A stretch of DNA of 64,000 nt, from the NCBI GenBank assembly GCA_963766715.1, contig CAVYBH010000012.1, forward strand, positions 1 to 64,000, written 5' to 3'. Origin of the DNA: an uncultured delta proteobacterium. GTDB lineage: Bacteria; Myxococcota; Myxococcia; Myxococcales; Anaeromyxobacteraceae. Numbering within the stretch: the first letter of the stretch is position 1; every line of letters starts with the position of its first letter. The notes under the pieces are model-generated. The model saw nothing but the letters and a program-made list of their open reading frames with translations. It did no database searches and was not told the origin of the DNA. This document shows positions 41,445 through 55,531 of this stretch, in pieces. Both the position numbers and the translations under genes were made by a program.

Positions 41445-42725
41445 CGCGACACGCGCAGCACGCGGTGGAGCGCATCGAGGCGGCTCTCGAGGCGCTGCGG
41501 CGCGGGAAGATGATCATCCTCGTCGACGACGAGGACCGGGAGAACGAGGGCGATCTCTGCATCGCCGCGGAGAAGGTGACGCCCACGGCGGTGAACTTCA
41601 TGGCCAAGTACGGGCGTGGCCTGATCTGCCTGGCCATGACCGAGGAGAAGGTCCGCTCGCTCGACCTGCCGCTCATGGTGCCGGAAGGGGAGAACGCCTC
41701 GAGCTTCGGGACCGCCTTCACGGTCTCCATCGAGGCGGCCCGCGGCGTCTCCACCGGCATCAGCGCCAAGGATCGGGCGCACACCATCCTCACCGCGGTG
41801 GCGGACGACGCGAAGCCGGAGGACCTGGTCCGGCCCGGGCCACGTCTTCCCGCTCCGGGCCCGGCGCGGCGGCGTGCTCGTGCGCGCCGGCCAGACCGAG
41901 GGTTCCGTGGACCTGTCGCGGCTGGCGGGCCTGAACCCGTCGGCGGTCATCTGCGAGATCATGAACGACGACGGGACCATGTCCCGCATGCCCGAGCTGC
42001 AGAAGCTGGCCCGGGAGCACGACATCCCCATCGCGTCGGTGGCCGACCTCATCTCCTACCGGATCATGAAGGACTCGCTGGTCCGGCGGGCCTCCGCCGC
42101 GCCCTTGCCCACCCACTACGGCAAGTTCACCGCGGTCGCCTACGAGAACGACGTCGACAAGAACCAGCACGTGGCGCTCGTCATGGGGACCTGGAAGCCG
42201 GGGCAGCCGGTGCTGGTCCGCGTCCACTCGAAGTGCCTGACCGGCGACGTGTTCGGCAGCGCCCGGTGCGACTGCGGCCCGCAGCTGCACGCGGCGCTCC
42301 GGCAGATCGCCCGCGCCGGGAAGGGCGTCCTCGTCTACCTCGACCAGGAGGGGCGCGGGATCGGGCTCGTCAACAAGCTCAAGGCCTACAACCTCCAGGA
42401 CCAGGGGCTCGACACCGCCGAGGCCAACGTCCGGCTGGGCTTCAAGCCCGACCTGCGCGACTACGGCATCGGGGCCCAGATCCTCCGCGAGCTGGGCGTC
42501 GGCAAGATGCGCCTGCTCACCAACAACCCGAAGAAGATCGTCGGGCTGGAGGGGTACGGGCTCGAGGTGGTGGAACGGGTTCCCATCGAGACGCCCCCGT
42601 CGAAGGGCAACCGCGCCTACCTGCGCACGAAGCGCGACAAGATGGGTCACCTGCTCACGCTGGCGCCTGCCCGGGCCCGCAAGGGAAAGTCCGCGCGGCG
42701 CGCGGCCAAGGGAGGAAGGACATGA
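41441..42725 (+). CDS. ribBA: Bifunctional DHBP synthase/GTP cyclohydrolase II (frameshift near 41838)
   Basis: [37 protein letters not shown]. Confidence 0.95.
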
Positions 42726-43195
42726 ACGTCCACGAGGGAAACCTGGTCGGCCAGGGCCTGCGCTTCGCGATCGTGGTGTCGCGCTTCAACTCGCTCGTCA
42801 CCGAGCAGCTGCTCTCCGGCGCGCTCGACGCGCTCCGGCGGCACGGCGTGGAGGACGGCAAGGTGGAGGTCTACCGGTGCCCGGGGACCTTCGAGATCCC
42901 GGCCGTGATGCGCCGGGTGGCCCGCAGCAACCGCTACGACGCGGCGGTGGCGCTCGGCGCGGTGATCCGCGGCGGGACCCCGCACTTCGAGTACGTGGCG
43001 AGCGAGGTGTCGAAGGGCGTGGCCCAGGTCTCCATGGAGGCCGAGTGCGCCGTGGGCTTCGGCGTCCTCACCTGCGACACGATGGAGCAGGCGCTGGAGC
43101 GCGCGGGCGTCAAGGGCGGCAACAAGGGCGCCGAGGCCGCCGTGGCCGCCATCGAGCAGGCCAACCTCTTCCGGGCCATCGCCGGGAAGAAGTAG
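42722..43195 (+). CDS. ribH: 6,7-dimethyl-8-ribityllumazine synthase
   Basis: [19 protein letters not shown]. Confidence 0.97.
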   Translation: MNVHEGNLVGQGLRFAIVVSRFNSLVTEQLLSGALDALRRHGVEDGKVEVYRCPGTFEIPAVMRRVARSNRYDAAVALGAVIRGGTPHFEYVASEVSKGVAQVSMEAECAVGFGVLTCDTMEQALERAGVKGGNKGAEAAVAAIEQANLFRAIAGKK

Positions 43196-43202
43196 GACGG
43201 AC

Positions 43203-43647
43203 ATGTCCCACACCCGACGCACCAAGTCCCGGGAGCGCGCCCTGCAGGCGCTCTACCAGATCGACGTGGCCGCCACCGACCTCGACGAGGCCCTGGCCCG
43301 CTTCTGGCCGAGCTTCGAGCCGGTGGAGCGGGAGGTGCGCGAGGGGGCCGAGGAACTGGTCCGCGGCGTGGCCCAGCACCGGCGGGAGATCGACGAGGCC
43401 ATCGAGCAGGTGTCCACCAACTGGCGCATGGACCGCATGGCCAAGGTGGACCGCAACGTCCTGCGCCTGGCCGTCTTCGAGCTTCGCTGGCGCGCCGACG
43501 TGCCCGGTCAAGGTGGTCATGAACGAGGCCATCGAGCTCGGCAAGAAGTACGGCAGCGAGAGCTCGGCCGCCTTCGTGAACGGCGTTCTCGACCGCGTCG
43601 CCTCGGGCCTGCCGGCCGAGCGGCGCGGAGACGGACCGGCCCGGTGA
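43203..43647 (+). CDS. nusB: Transcription antitermination factor NusB (frameshift near 43505)
   Basis: [32 protein letters not shown]. Confidence 0.95.
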
Positions 43648-44166
43648 CCCTGCGGGTCGAGGTCGCCGACCTGTCGCTCGGGTCGCTCGACGCCCTGGAG
43701 GTCGACTCGCTGGGGGCCTTCGTGGGGGCGGAGCGTCCGCTCGGCGGCCTGGCCGCGCTGCTCGACTGGCGCCTCGCCGGGGCCGTCTCGCGGGCCATCC
43801 TGGCGGGCACCGTCACCCCGGAGCACGGGGAGGCGCTGCTCCTGCCCACGGGCGGGCGCCTGCGGGCCGCCCGCGTCTTCCTCTTCGGCGTGGACGACCC
43901 CGCGCTCCGCCCGGCCGTCCTGGCGGTCCGGCGCGCCTGCGAGGCCCTGCGGCGGGCCGGGTGCCGGTCCGTGGGGCTCTCGCTCCCCGGCGTCCAGCCC
44001 CTGCCCGCGATGGCGCGCGCCTGGCTCGAGGCGGCCGAGGGGGCCGGCTTCGCGCGGCAGGTGGTGCTCGGCGACGTCCGCGCGCTTCCCGGGGCCCTGG
44101 AGGGCGCCGCGCGCGAACTGGGAATCCCGATCGAGGTGAGCCGGATGTCGCCCCGGGTGGATCCGC

Positions 44167-44177
<11 letters not shown>
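43644..44177 (+). CDS. Peptidase M17 N-terminal-domain-like protein
   Basis: [17 protein letters not shown] motif; GTGA overlap with nusB; no catalytic domain. Confidence 0.75.
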
Positions 44178-45519
<1,342 letters not shown>

Positions 45520-45622
45520 CTGGCGGTTCTCCGGGGTCGAAAGGAGGCGCGCAATATACCCCGGACCCCGGCCCATCGCGCAGGTGCAAAATCGCCGTAC
45601 CGCGGTAATATCGCGGGCTTCC

Positions 45623-48124
45623 ATGTCCTCCATGAACGAGCGATACGAGCCGAGGTCCATCGAGCCGCGCTGGCAGAAGCGCTGGGACGACGCGGGCGTG
45701 TTCCGCGCCGGGCGCCGCGCCGGCGCCGAGAAGCGCTACGTGCTCGAGATGTTCCCGTACCCGTCGGGCGCCATGCACATGGGTCACGCCCGCGTCTACA
45801 CCATCGGAGACGCACTGGCCCGCTTGCTGCGCATGCGGGGCTACGACGTGCTCCACCCCATGGGCTTCGACGCGCTCGGGCTCCCCGCCGAGAACGCCGC
45901 CCTGAAGGACGGGCGCCACCCGGCCGAGCGCACGCGCGAGAACATCGACGCCTTCCGCGCCGACATGAAGCGGGTGGGCTACGCGTTCGACTGGAGCCGG
46001 GAGTTCGCCACCTGCGACCCCGAGTACTACCGCTGGAACCAGTGGTTCTTCCTGCGCATGCTCGAGAAGGGCATCGTCTACCGGCGCCAGGGGAAGGCCA
46101 ACTGGTGCACCGGATGCCAGACCGTCATCGCCAACGAGCAGGTGGTGGACGACAACGTCTGCGAGCGCTGCAGCTCGCCGGTGGTCGAGAAGGTCATCCC
46201 GGAGTGGGCCTTCCGCATCACCGACCTGGCCGACGACCTGCTCGAGGGGCTCGACGGGCTCCGGGAGTGGCCGGAGCGCATCACCACCATGCAGCGCAAC
46301 TGGATCGGACGGAGCGAGGGGGCCGAGGTCGACTTCGCCGTCGACGGCTCCGCCGAGAAGATCCGCGTCTTCACCACCCGCGTGGACACGATCCACGGCT
46401 GCACCTACGTGGTGCTGGCCCCGGAGCACCCGCTCACCGCCCGCCTCGCCGCGCCGGAGCGGCGCGCCGAGGTGGAGGCCTTCGCCGCCCGCATGGCGCG
46501 GATCGACCCGGCCGAGCGCACCGGCGAGTCGGCGCCCAAGGAGGGGGTCTTCACCGGCGCGTACGCGGTGAACCCCTACGGCGGGGCGAAGGTCCCGGTG
46601 TGGATCGCCAACTTCGTGCTGGCCGGGTACGGCACCGGCGCGGTGATGAGCGTCCCGGCCCACGACCAGCGCGACTTCGAGTTCGCCCGGAAGTACGACC
46701 TCCCGATCCGGGTGGTCATCCAGCCGGCCGAGGGGGCGCGGCTGCCGGCCGGAGACGCGCTCGAGAAGGCCTTCACCGACGACGGCGTGCTCGCCGACTC
46801 GGGGCCTTTCTCCGGGCTGCGGAGCGACGAGGCCCGCCGCCGCATGTCCGCGCTCGCCCGCGAGAAGGGGTTCGGGGAGCCGGCGGTGAAGTACCACCTG
46901 CGCGACTGGGGCTTCAGCCGGCAGCGGTACTGGGGCACGCCCATCCCGGTGATCTACTGTCCGGAGCACGGCGCCGTGCCGGTTCCCGACGACCAGCTGC
47001 CGGTGACGCTGCCCTCCGAGGCCATCATCACCGGCACCGGCGAGCCGCCGCTCGCCAAGGTCGCGGCCTTCGTGAACACGACGTGCCCCCGCTGCGGCAA
47101 GCCGGCCCGGCGCGAGACCGAGACCATGGACACGTTCGTCGACTCGTCCTGGTACTACGCCCGCTACCTCTCGCCCCACGACGCCGAGCGCCCCTTCGGG
47201 CAGGACGAGGCCCGGCGCTGGCTCCCGGTCGACGTCTACGTGGGAGGGCCCGAGCACGCGGTCATGCACCTGCTCTACTTCCGGTTCTGGCACCGGGTGA
47301 TGGAGCGGCTCGGGCTGGTGTTCGAGAAGGAGCCGGTCAAGCGGCTCGTCACCCAGGGCATCGTGAACGGGCCCGACGGCCGGAAGATGTCGAAGCGGTG
47401 GGGCAACGTCGTCCAGCCCGGCCCCATCGTCGAGCGCTTCGGCGCCGACACGATGCGCATGTTCATGCTCTTCGCCGCCCCGCCGGAGAAGGACATCGAC
47501 TGGTCGGACGAGCAGGTGGAGGGGATGTTCCGGTTCCTGGCCCGGGTCTGGCGCATCTTCCACGCCCGGCAGGACACCTTCCTCGTGCCCGACCGCCTGC
47601 TGGCCGACGCGGCCGGGCCGTTCCTCGAGCTCCGGCGCAAGACCCACCGGACCATCAAGAAGGTCACCGAGGGGCTGGAAGGGGAGCTCAAGTTCAACAC
47701 CGCCATCGCCGCGCTCATGGAGCTCGTGAACGAGATCTACGCGCTGGAGCCGGCCACCGATCCGGACCGGGCGGCGGTGAAGGAGGCGCTGCTCGCGGTG
47801 GCGGCGCTGCTCGCCCCGTTCGCTCCCCACGTCGCCGAGGAGCTCTGGCACGAGGTGCTCGGTCCCGCCGTCCGGGACCAGCTGCTCGCCGAGGCGCCCT
47901 GGCCGGGTTTCGACCCGGCGCTCGTGGTGGCCGACGTGGTCACCATCGCCGTGCAGGTGAACGGCAAGCTGCGGGGCGAGGTGTCCGCACCGGTCGCGGC
48001 CGGTGAGGCCGAGGTGCGGGTGCTGGCCGAGCAGGAGGAGCGCGTCCGTGCGCACGTCTCGGGCAAGACCATCCGGAAGGTCGTCTTCGTGCCCGGCCGG
48101 CTCATCAACTTCGTGGTGACATGA
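45623..48124 (+). CDS. leuS: Leucine--tRNA ligase
   Basis: [29 protein letters not shown]. Confidence 0.98.
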   Translation: MSSMNERYEPRSIEPRWQKRWDDAGVFRAGRRAGAEKRYVLEMFPYPSGAMHMGHARVYTIGDALARLLRMRGYDVLHPMGFDALGLPAENAALKDGRHPAERTRENIDAFRADMKRVGYAFDWSREFATCDPEYYRWNQWFFLRMLEKGIVYRRQGKANWCTGCQTVIANEQVVDDNVCERCSSPVVEKVIPEWAFRITDLADDLLEGLDGLREWPERITTMQRNWIGRSEGAEVDFAVDGSAEKIRVFTTRVDTIHGCTYVVLAPEHPLTARLAAPERRAEVEAFAARMARIDPAERTGESAPKEGVFTGAYAVNPYGGAKVPVWIANFVLAGYGTGAVMSVPAHDQRDFEFARKYDLPIRVVIQPAEGARLPAGDALEKAFTDDGVLADSGPFSGLRSDEARRRMSALAREKGFGEPAVKYHLRDWGFSRQRYWGTPIPVIYCPEHGAVPVPDDQLPVTLPSEAIITGTGEPPLAKVAAFVNTTCPRCGKPARRETETMDTFVDSSWYYARYLSPHDAERPFGQDEARRWLPVDVYVGGPEHAVMHLLYFRFWHRVMERLGLVFEKEPVKRLVTQGIVNGPDGRKMSKRWGNVVQPGPIVERFGADTMRMFMLFAAPPEKDIDWSDEQVEGMFRFLARVWRIFHARQDTFLVPDRLLADAAGPFLELRRKTHRTIKKVTEGLEGELKFNTAIAALMELVNEIYALEPATDPDRAAVKEALLAVAALLAPFAPHVAEELWHEVLGPAVRDQLLAEAPWPGFDPALVVADVVTIAVQVNGKLRGEVSAPVAAGEAEVRVLAEQEERVRAHVSGKTIRKVVFVPGRLINFVVT

Positions 48125-48603
48125 GAAGCGCCCTCCTCGCCGCGGCGCTGTGCGGCCTGGCCGCGGCGGCCGGGTGCGGCTACTCCGCCACGGCCGGTGT
48201 CTCCCGGATGCCGCCAGGCGCGGAGAAGGTGTTCGTGCCGTCCTTCGCGAACCGGACCGCCGACGCGGAGGCCGGTGCGCTGGTCGCGTCGGCCCTGCGG
48301 GAGGAGCTGGCGCGCCGCGGGACGGAAGGCGGGGAGGGCTCTCGCGCCCGCATCGACGGAACCGTCACCCGGGCCTCGGTGGCGCCGGTGACGACCCAGA
48401 GCGGGACCTGGCGCCTCGTCTTCGAGGTCCAGGCGAAGCTCGTCGTCGACGGCAAGGACGGTGCGTCCCTGACCATCCGGCGCGAGGTGGACTACCTGGG
48501 CGAGGTGGACGCCATCGCCACGGAAGGGCGGCGGCGGCTGGCGCTGCGCAGGGCGGCGTCCGAGGCAGCCCGCGACATCGCGGAGCGCCTCGAGACGCCC
48601 TGA
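48121..48603 (+). CDS. lptE: LPS assembly lipoprotein LptE
   Basis: Lipobox AAGCGY, F.NRT; conserved position after leuS. Confidence 0.8.
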   Translation: MRSALLAAALCGLAAAAGCGYSATAGVSRMPPGAEKVFVPSFANRTADAEAGALVASALREELARRGTEGGEGSRARIDGTVTRASVAPVTTQSGTWRLVFEVQAKLVVDGKDGASLTIRREVDYLGEVDAIATEGRRRLALRRAASEAARDIAERLETP

Positions 48604-48604
48604 A

Positions 48605-48877
48605 TCACTTCGCCGGAGCGGCCTTCGCGACGGCCTTGGCGAGGCGCGCGATCTTCCGCGAGGCGGTGTTGCGGTGCACGACGCCCTTCGAGGAGGCCTG
48701 GTCGATCATCCGGGCCGCCGCGAGGAACGCCTCCTGCGCCGCCGCCAGCTCACCCCGCTCGAGGGTTTCGCGGACCTTCTTCACCGCGCTCTTCACGCGG
48801 GTGCGCACGCCCTGGTTGCGGGCGCGGCGCTTCTCGGACTGGCGGTTGCGCTTTTCGGCGGAACGGGTATTGGCCAA
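48605..48877 (-). CDS. rpsT: 30S ribosomal protein S20
   Basis: MANTRSAEKR..KGVVHRNTASRK. Confidence 0.97.
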   Translation of the reverse strand: MANTRSAEKRNRQSEKRRARNQGVRTRVKSAVKKVRETLERGELAAAQEAFLAAARMIDQASSKGVVHRNTASRKIARLAKAVAKAAPAK

Positions 48878-48912
48878 GTGTGCTTCTCCCCTGGGGTTCT
48901 CGAAGGCCGCGG

Positions 48913-48941
48913 TTTCTACCGCCCGAGCCGCGAGACGTCAA
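48913..48941 (-). promoter_or_regulatory. Sigma70 promoter of rpsT
   Basis: TTGACG-N17-TAGAAA on the minus strand. Confidence 0.65.
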
Positions 48942-48979
48942 GCGTTTTGCATGGACGGCCCACCGCTCGACACGCTGAG

Positions 48980-49179
48980 TTATCCACCTTGGGGGTTTTT
49001 CAGGATTGCCAGCACCCTCTCGGGCGCCCCCTTCCGGGTCCAACCAAAACGGAACATCGACAACCGTCCGGAATCATTGAGGTCGATGTGGTATCTGGAC
49101 CGTGACAGAAGGTTAATTCGAGGGTCGGGTGGGTAGAAAGCGACGGAGTCAATTTCCACTTGTCCACGTACTTTCCACG
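48980..49179. promoter_or_regulatory. Cluster of DnaA-box-like 9-mers in an AT-richer intergenic region
   Basis: TTATCCACC 48980, ATTTCCACT 49152, TTGTCCACG 49160, CTTTCCACG 49171, all in the same orientation. Confidence 0.5.
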
Positions 49180-49203
49180 AAGGCCGAGGAGACCTCCTAG
49201 GAG

Positions 49204-50053
49204 TCAGGAAGTCTTTGGAGTTTGGCCGAAAACCGCCTTCGCCTCGTCCCAGAGACGGTCCATCTCGGCGAGCGTCGCGGTGCCGTGGGGCTTGCCTTGA
49301 CGCTGCAAGCCCTCCTCCACGTAGTGGAAGCGGGCGATGAAGCGGCCGAGCGTTCCGCGCAGCGCCTCCTCGGGCGGAATCCCCAGTTTCCGGGAAAGGT
49401 TGGCCACGGCGAAGAGGACGTCCCCCAGCTCGTCCTCGATGTGGGCCCGATCCCCCGACGCGATCGCCTCGTCCAGCTCGGCAGATCTCCTCGGCGACCT
49501 TGGCGCGGGCCCCTGACGCATCCGGCCAGTCGAATCCGATCCGGCTCGCCTTCTCCGTCAGCCTCTCGGCGCGGGCCAGCGCGGGCAGCTCACGCGGGAC
49601 CCCCTCGAGCACGCTCTTCCCGCGCCCCTTGGCCTCGTTCTCCTTCTTCTTCAGCGACGCCCACTGGCGGAGCACGGCCTCGGCATCGCGGACGTCGGTC
49701 GCCTCGGGACCGGGACGGTCGTCGGCGCTGCGCGCGTCCGGACCGAAGACGTGTGGGTGCCGGGAGAGGAGCTTCTCCGAGATGGCATCCGCGACGCCGG
49801 CGAGGTCGAAGCGCCCTTCCTCCTCGGCGAGGCGGGCCTGGAAGACGATCTGCAGGAGGAGGTCGCCCAGCTCCTCCCGGTGCGCCTCGGGATCCCCCTC
49901 GTCGATGGCCTCGAGGACCTCGTAGGTCTCCTCGAGGACGTACGGGCGAAGGGACTCGAGGGTCTGCTCCCGGTCCCACGGGCAGCCGTCCGGGCCCCGC
50001 AGGCGGGCCATGATGGCGACGAGGCGCTCGACGGCCAGGGAAGTTCGGCTCAT
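49204..50053 (-). CDS. mazG: Nucleoside triphosphate pyrophosphohydrolase (frameshift near 49480)
   Basis: GCPWDREQT, EETYE, EELGDLL, RHPHVF, ELGDVLF. Confidence 0.95.
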
Positions 50054-50102
50054 GGCGCCGGTTTCTAGCGCGGAACACCCCGTGCTAGCATCGGAATCTC
50101 CC

Positions 50103-52194
50103 GTGAGAGCCCGAGCGTTCGCCGTCGTCGCCGTGTTTCTCCTCCTGCCGGCCCTCACGGGGGCCCAGGTCCATGCCCCCTCGCTCGTCGAGGGAGAGCT
50201 GCCCCCGGAAGAGCCGAAGACGCGGAGCGCCAGGGCCGGGGAGGCCGTTCCCGAGCCTGCCCAGCCGCCCGAGCCGCTTCCCCCGCCGGTCGCGGCGCCG
50301 GGTCCCAGGGACGCCGCCCCGTCCCCTCCGCCGGGCGCCGTTCCGGGCGTGACCATCTCCGCCGAGGAGATCCGCCGGTTCCAGCGCCCGATCGAGCCGG
50401 TTCGCATCTCGCCGGCCCGGATCGAGGAGCTGTGGCGAGCCCGCCGGGCGGCCATCCGGGAGCAGGACGCGGCAGGAGCCCGCCAGGCCGCCCTGTCGCT
50501 GCGCGACGCCATGCGGGAGCTGGGGATCCTGAGCCTCCCGTGGCACGCCGTCGCCGAGGTCCGGGAGGCCGAGCGCGCCCTGCGCGCGCGCGCCGTCGAC
50601 GACGCCGTGGAGCGGTCCTCGGTGGCGGTCGATCTCGCTCCCGACCTTCCGGAGGCCCACTTCGCGCTGGCCCGCGCCCGCATCGCGACCTCGCCCACGC
50701 GACCGCTCCCGGCCCTCTCGGCCGCCGGTGCAGGCATGGTCGCCGCCGCCCGGGACCCGCACGTGGCCCGGGCGCTGCTCGGCGACGTGGCCGGTGCGGC
50801 CATCGCCGCGCTGTTCGGCGCGGCCGCGGCCACCATCGCCATCCTCTTCCTCTCCCGGCTGCGCCTCTTCCTCCACGACTTCCGCCACCTCCCGGTGGTG
50901 CGGTCGGGAACACCCGGTCAGGCCACGGCGCTCGCGCTGGCCCTGCTCGCGCTGCCGGTCGTCTTCCGGCTCGGGCCGTTCGCCCTGCTCCTCGTGGGCG
51001 CGCTCGCCGCCTGGGCCTACCTGTCCCGCTGGGAGCGCATCGCGGCGACGGCGTCCCTCCTGGCGCTCGTCGCCATTCCCTGGCTGGCCGGGGAGGCCGT
51101 GCGGATCACCGCCTGGCAGGGGACGCTCGCGGACGACGTCCACGAGATCGAGGCCGGCTGGCCGACGCCCGCCTTCGTGGCCGGGCTGAAGGAGCGCTCC
51201 GAGCGCGAGGCGCTCCCGGCTCCGGCCCTGCTCGCCATCGGGCGCTGGCACAAGCGGCAGGGGCAGCTCGACCGAGGCGAAGCGCTGGTACGAGGCTGCG
51301 CTGGCGGCGGACCCCCGCTCCGCGGAGGCCCAGGTCGACCTGGGAAACGTCCTCTTCCTGGAAGGGGACATGGACGGGGCCAAGGCCGCCTACCTGGCCG
51401 CCGTCGACCGCGCGCGCGACCTCTCCACGCTGGCCGCCGCGCAGTACGACCTCTCCAAGCTGTACCTCCGTCTCGCCGCGGTGGGCCAGTCCTCCGAGGC
51501 GAGGCGAAAGGCGCAGCAGGCCGACGCCGCCTACCTCGCGCAGCTCGGCTCCGACGAGGACTTCCGGGCCAACGCCTGGCTGGTGGACGCGCTGCCCTCG
51601 GCGGAGCGGCTCGGCCAGCTCGCGTCGCAGGACGGCGCTCCCCGCGCGGTGGCGGACGCCGCGCTGCGCCGGGTCGGTGGACCGCTCTCGCGCTGGGGCT
51701 GGCCGGCGCTGCCGCTCGCGCTCACGGCGTCCCTCTGGCTGCTGGCGCTCGTCGCGCCGCGGCTCTCCCCCACGGCGCCCTGCGACCGCTGCGGCCTCCC
51801 GGCCTGCCGGCGCTGCGACCCCGCGGCCACGTCGAGCTGCGGCCAGTGCGTGAACGTCTTCCTCCGGCAGAACGCGGTGGAGCCGCTCGACCGGGCGCGC
51901 AAGGAGCGGCAGGTCCGCCGCCACGAGATGGTGACGCGCGTGACCGAGCGGGCGCTGGCGGTGGTCGGCGGCGGCGCCGGGCACGTGGCCGGAGGGCGTC
52001 CGATCCTGGGATTCCTCGTGCTCTTCGCGCTCCTCTTCCTCGCCTTCGTCGCCTGGTTCTGGCACGGCGTCATCCCGCCCCCCCAGCACTCCCCGTATGC
52101 CGCGGCGCTCCGGCTCGTCGTGGCGGTCCCGCTCTTCGCGCTGCTCTACGCGATCGCGGTGCGCGACGCCTTCCGCCGGACCCGCCCGGAGTGA
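50103..52194 (+). CDS. TPR-containing polytopic membrane protein with Cys-rich segment (frameshift near 51275)
   Basis: Signal peptide, TPR-like helices, TM blocks, CDRCG..CRRC..CGQC. Confidence 0.75.
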
Positions 52195-52198
52195 TGCG

Positions 52199-53336
52199 AT
52201 GGCGCTGACCGGGACATTGAAGGACTTCGGGATCGCCGAGATCCTCCAGCTCATCGGCCAGCAGTCGAAGAGCGGGGTCCTGCACCTCAAGAACCGCGCC
52301 GACGAGATCCACGTGATCATGTCGAACGGCTCGGTCGTGAGCGCGGAGTACGCGGGACGGAAGGCCCGCGACAAGCTCGGCAGCCTGCTCGTCCGGGCGG
52401 CGCTCATCTCGCAGGAGCAGCTCGACGAGGCGCTCGCCGTCCAGAGGCGCACGCTGCGGCGTCTCGGCGACATCGTGGTCGACCTGGGGATGGTCACGAA
52501 GGAGCAGCTCCGGGAGACGACCTCGCTCCAGACCACCCAGACGACTCTACAAGCTCTTCCACTGGAAGGCCGGCACCTACGCGTTCGAGCCGCGCGAGGT
52601 GACCTTCGACCGCGAGACCGTCTCGCCGCTGCGCTGCGAGTCGGTCCTGCTCGAGGGCTACCGGCTCATCGACGAGTGGCCCATCGTCCGTCGCAAGATC
52701 ACCTCCGGGGCCATGACCTTCGAGCGCGTGAAGCTGCTCGGCCCGGAGGGTACCCGGGGCGACGGGACGGGGCCCCTCGACGGCGAGGCGGCGGCGCTGG
52801 GGAAGAACGAGTGGCGGGTCTACGAGCTGGCCACCCCCGGCGTAGCGGTGGAGCGGATCGCCGACCTGTCCAGGCTGGGCGAGTTCGAGGCCTCGAAGGC
52901 GCTCTTCAACCTGGTCAACCTCGGCGTGCTCCGGCCGGTGGCGCCCTCGCGCCGGTCGCCGGCCGCGGAGGTCGGGGCCTATGCCCGGGGCTGGCGGGAC
53001 CGGGTCCGGCGCGGCGCGTCCCAGGTGCTGGCCACCGTGGCCATCGCGATCGCGCTGGCCGCGCTCGTGGTCCTGGCCACCGGCAGCATGGGGACGTCGG
53101 CCATGCGATCCCTCGACGACAACCGGGGAGAGCGGTTCGTCTCCCGCTACCAGATCGAGCGGCTCCGCTCGGCGCTCGAGGTCTACCGCCTGGAGAACGG
53201 CGCCTACCCGGAGAGCCTGGACGCGCTCGTCGAGGTGGGGCTGGTCCGCCCGCGCGATCTCCGCTACCCGTGGTCGCAGGCCTACGCCTACGGGCGCCAG
53301 GGCGACGGGTACCGCCTCCTCCCGCCCGTGGAGTGA
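52199..53336 (+). CDS. DUF4388 protein with MshEN-like motifs, TM helix and GspG-like C-terminus (frameshift near 52540)
   Basis: MALTGTLKDFGIAEILQL; tandem LG..L motifs; ALEVYRLENGAYPESLDAL..YPW. Confidence 0.8.
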
Positions 53337-53406
53337 CCGCGGGCGGCGTGCCGAGCCGGCCCGGGGCGGTTACACTGCCCGCGGGCGCATCGCCCGAGGA
53401 GGCCGA

Positions 53407-54414
<1,008 letters not shown>

Positions 54415-54463
54415 TCGGAGCCAGGAGTCGCGCGGCGTCGGCACCGGAATGCCCTGGCGCTAC

Positions 54464-54598
54464 TTACCAATCCGATGACGCTGGGCCGACGAACCAGAGC
54501 ACCACCTTGATGAGCAGTCCCGTCCCGGCTGCGAAGGCGCCGGCCAGGACCCCAAGGGTGCCCAGCTTGACGAAGAACCGTCTGGAAGCCGACGCCAT
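54464..54598 (-). CDS. Putative 44-aa membrane microprotein with a twin-arginine-like motif
   Basis: MASASRRFFVKLGTLGVLAGAFAAGTGLLIKVVLWFVGPASSDW-stop. Confidence 0.4.
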   Translation of the reverse strand: MASASRRFFVKLGTLGVLAGAFAAGTGLLIKVVLWFVGPASSDW

Positions 54599-55153
54599 CG
54601 ACGGGTGTCGTAATCGTTGGGAGAACCCGGACAAGTGATTCGCGTGGACTATTTCGCCTCTGCGTGAAGCGGGCCGGGAGTGAAATGAGAGCCGGCCTCA
54701 TACGGCCCCTGTCCACCCATACGCAGACTCGTCGCGCTCGTTTCTTGCGGCGCGTCGTCGCGGGTCCGTCCGACTGCCTCGGCGGATTGTCGTGCACGTC
54801 GAACGGCGCCCGGCGCGGGAGCGACACCCGGAGGACGTAGGGCAGTCGGCTCGCCCCATCCCGGATCCCTGGACGGACCCTGGCGCACGCCTATGTTCCG
54901 GGCGTGGAGGCGCCGTCGACCTGCGACGGCCCGCCCTCGGCCTGGGGTGTCGATCCTCCACCTGCCACCGCGCGCCTCCACTCCCGGGCGCGCGGATGGC
55001 AGTCGACGTCCTGGCGGAGGTGGCCCTGACCCGGGTAGTTGCTTCGGGTCTACCCGGATGACCCGCGTGCCGGCGCGCCTCCCGTCCCTACGCTGAGAGT
55101 GTAGCGAGAAGGCCGTCGTGGCCCGGATGCAGGGGCCAGAAAGGGAGGAAGTC

Positions 55154-55426
55154 ATGAGAGCGGCCATTCGACTGGGAGTCGTTGCGGGGCTTGCGCTCGC
55201 ATTCGCCGGTGTTCCCGGCTGGGGGTTCGCGGAGGACGAGGAGACGAAGCCGGTTCCCGAGGAGGCAGCACCCAAGGAGAAGGTCCCGTGCGAGGTCAGC
55301 GACCCGTGCGTGGACATCCTGCCGGGCGCACCCGGCATGGAGCCGGAGCCCGACCAGGCGATCGTGGAGGGCGCCGGTGAGAAGGCGCACCGCGAGTGGG
55401 TCGAGACGATCTGGATCACTCCGTAG
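55154..55426 (+). CDS. Small secreted acidic protein (90 aa)
   Basis: GGAGG RBS; signal peptide ending GWG-FA; two Cys. Confidence 0.7.
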   Translation: MRAAIRLGVVAGLALAFAGVPGWGFAEDEETKPVPEEAAPKEKVPCEVSDPCVDILPGAPGMEPEPDQAIVEGAGEKAHREWVETIWITP

Positions 55427-55531
55427 CGCGACGTACCGGCCACGAGATGGCTGGATCCAGGCCGAGCGGTCCGGTGGACGGGCCGCTCGCGTCGTCCGAG
55501 GCGGCGACTCCCGGCAGGGCGTGCTTCCCCG

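Noticed and set aside
48980..49180. Small minus-strand ORF or dif site in the rpsT-mazG gap
   Set aside because: Codon usage is atypical, and no XerD-arm TTATGTTAAAT-like sequence is present.
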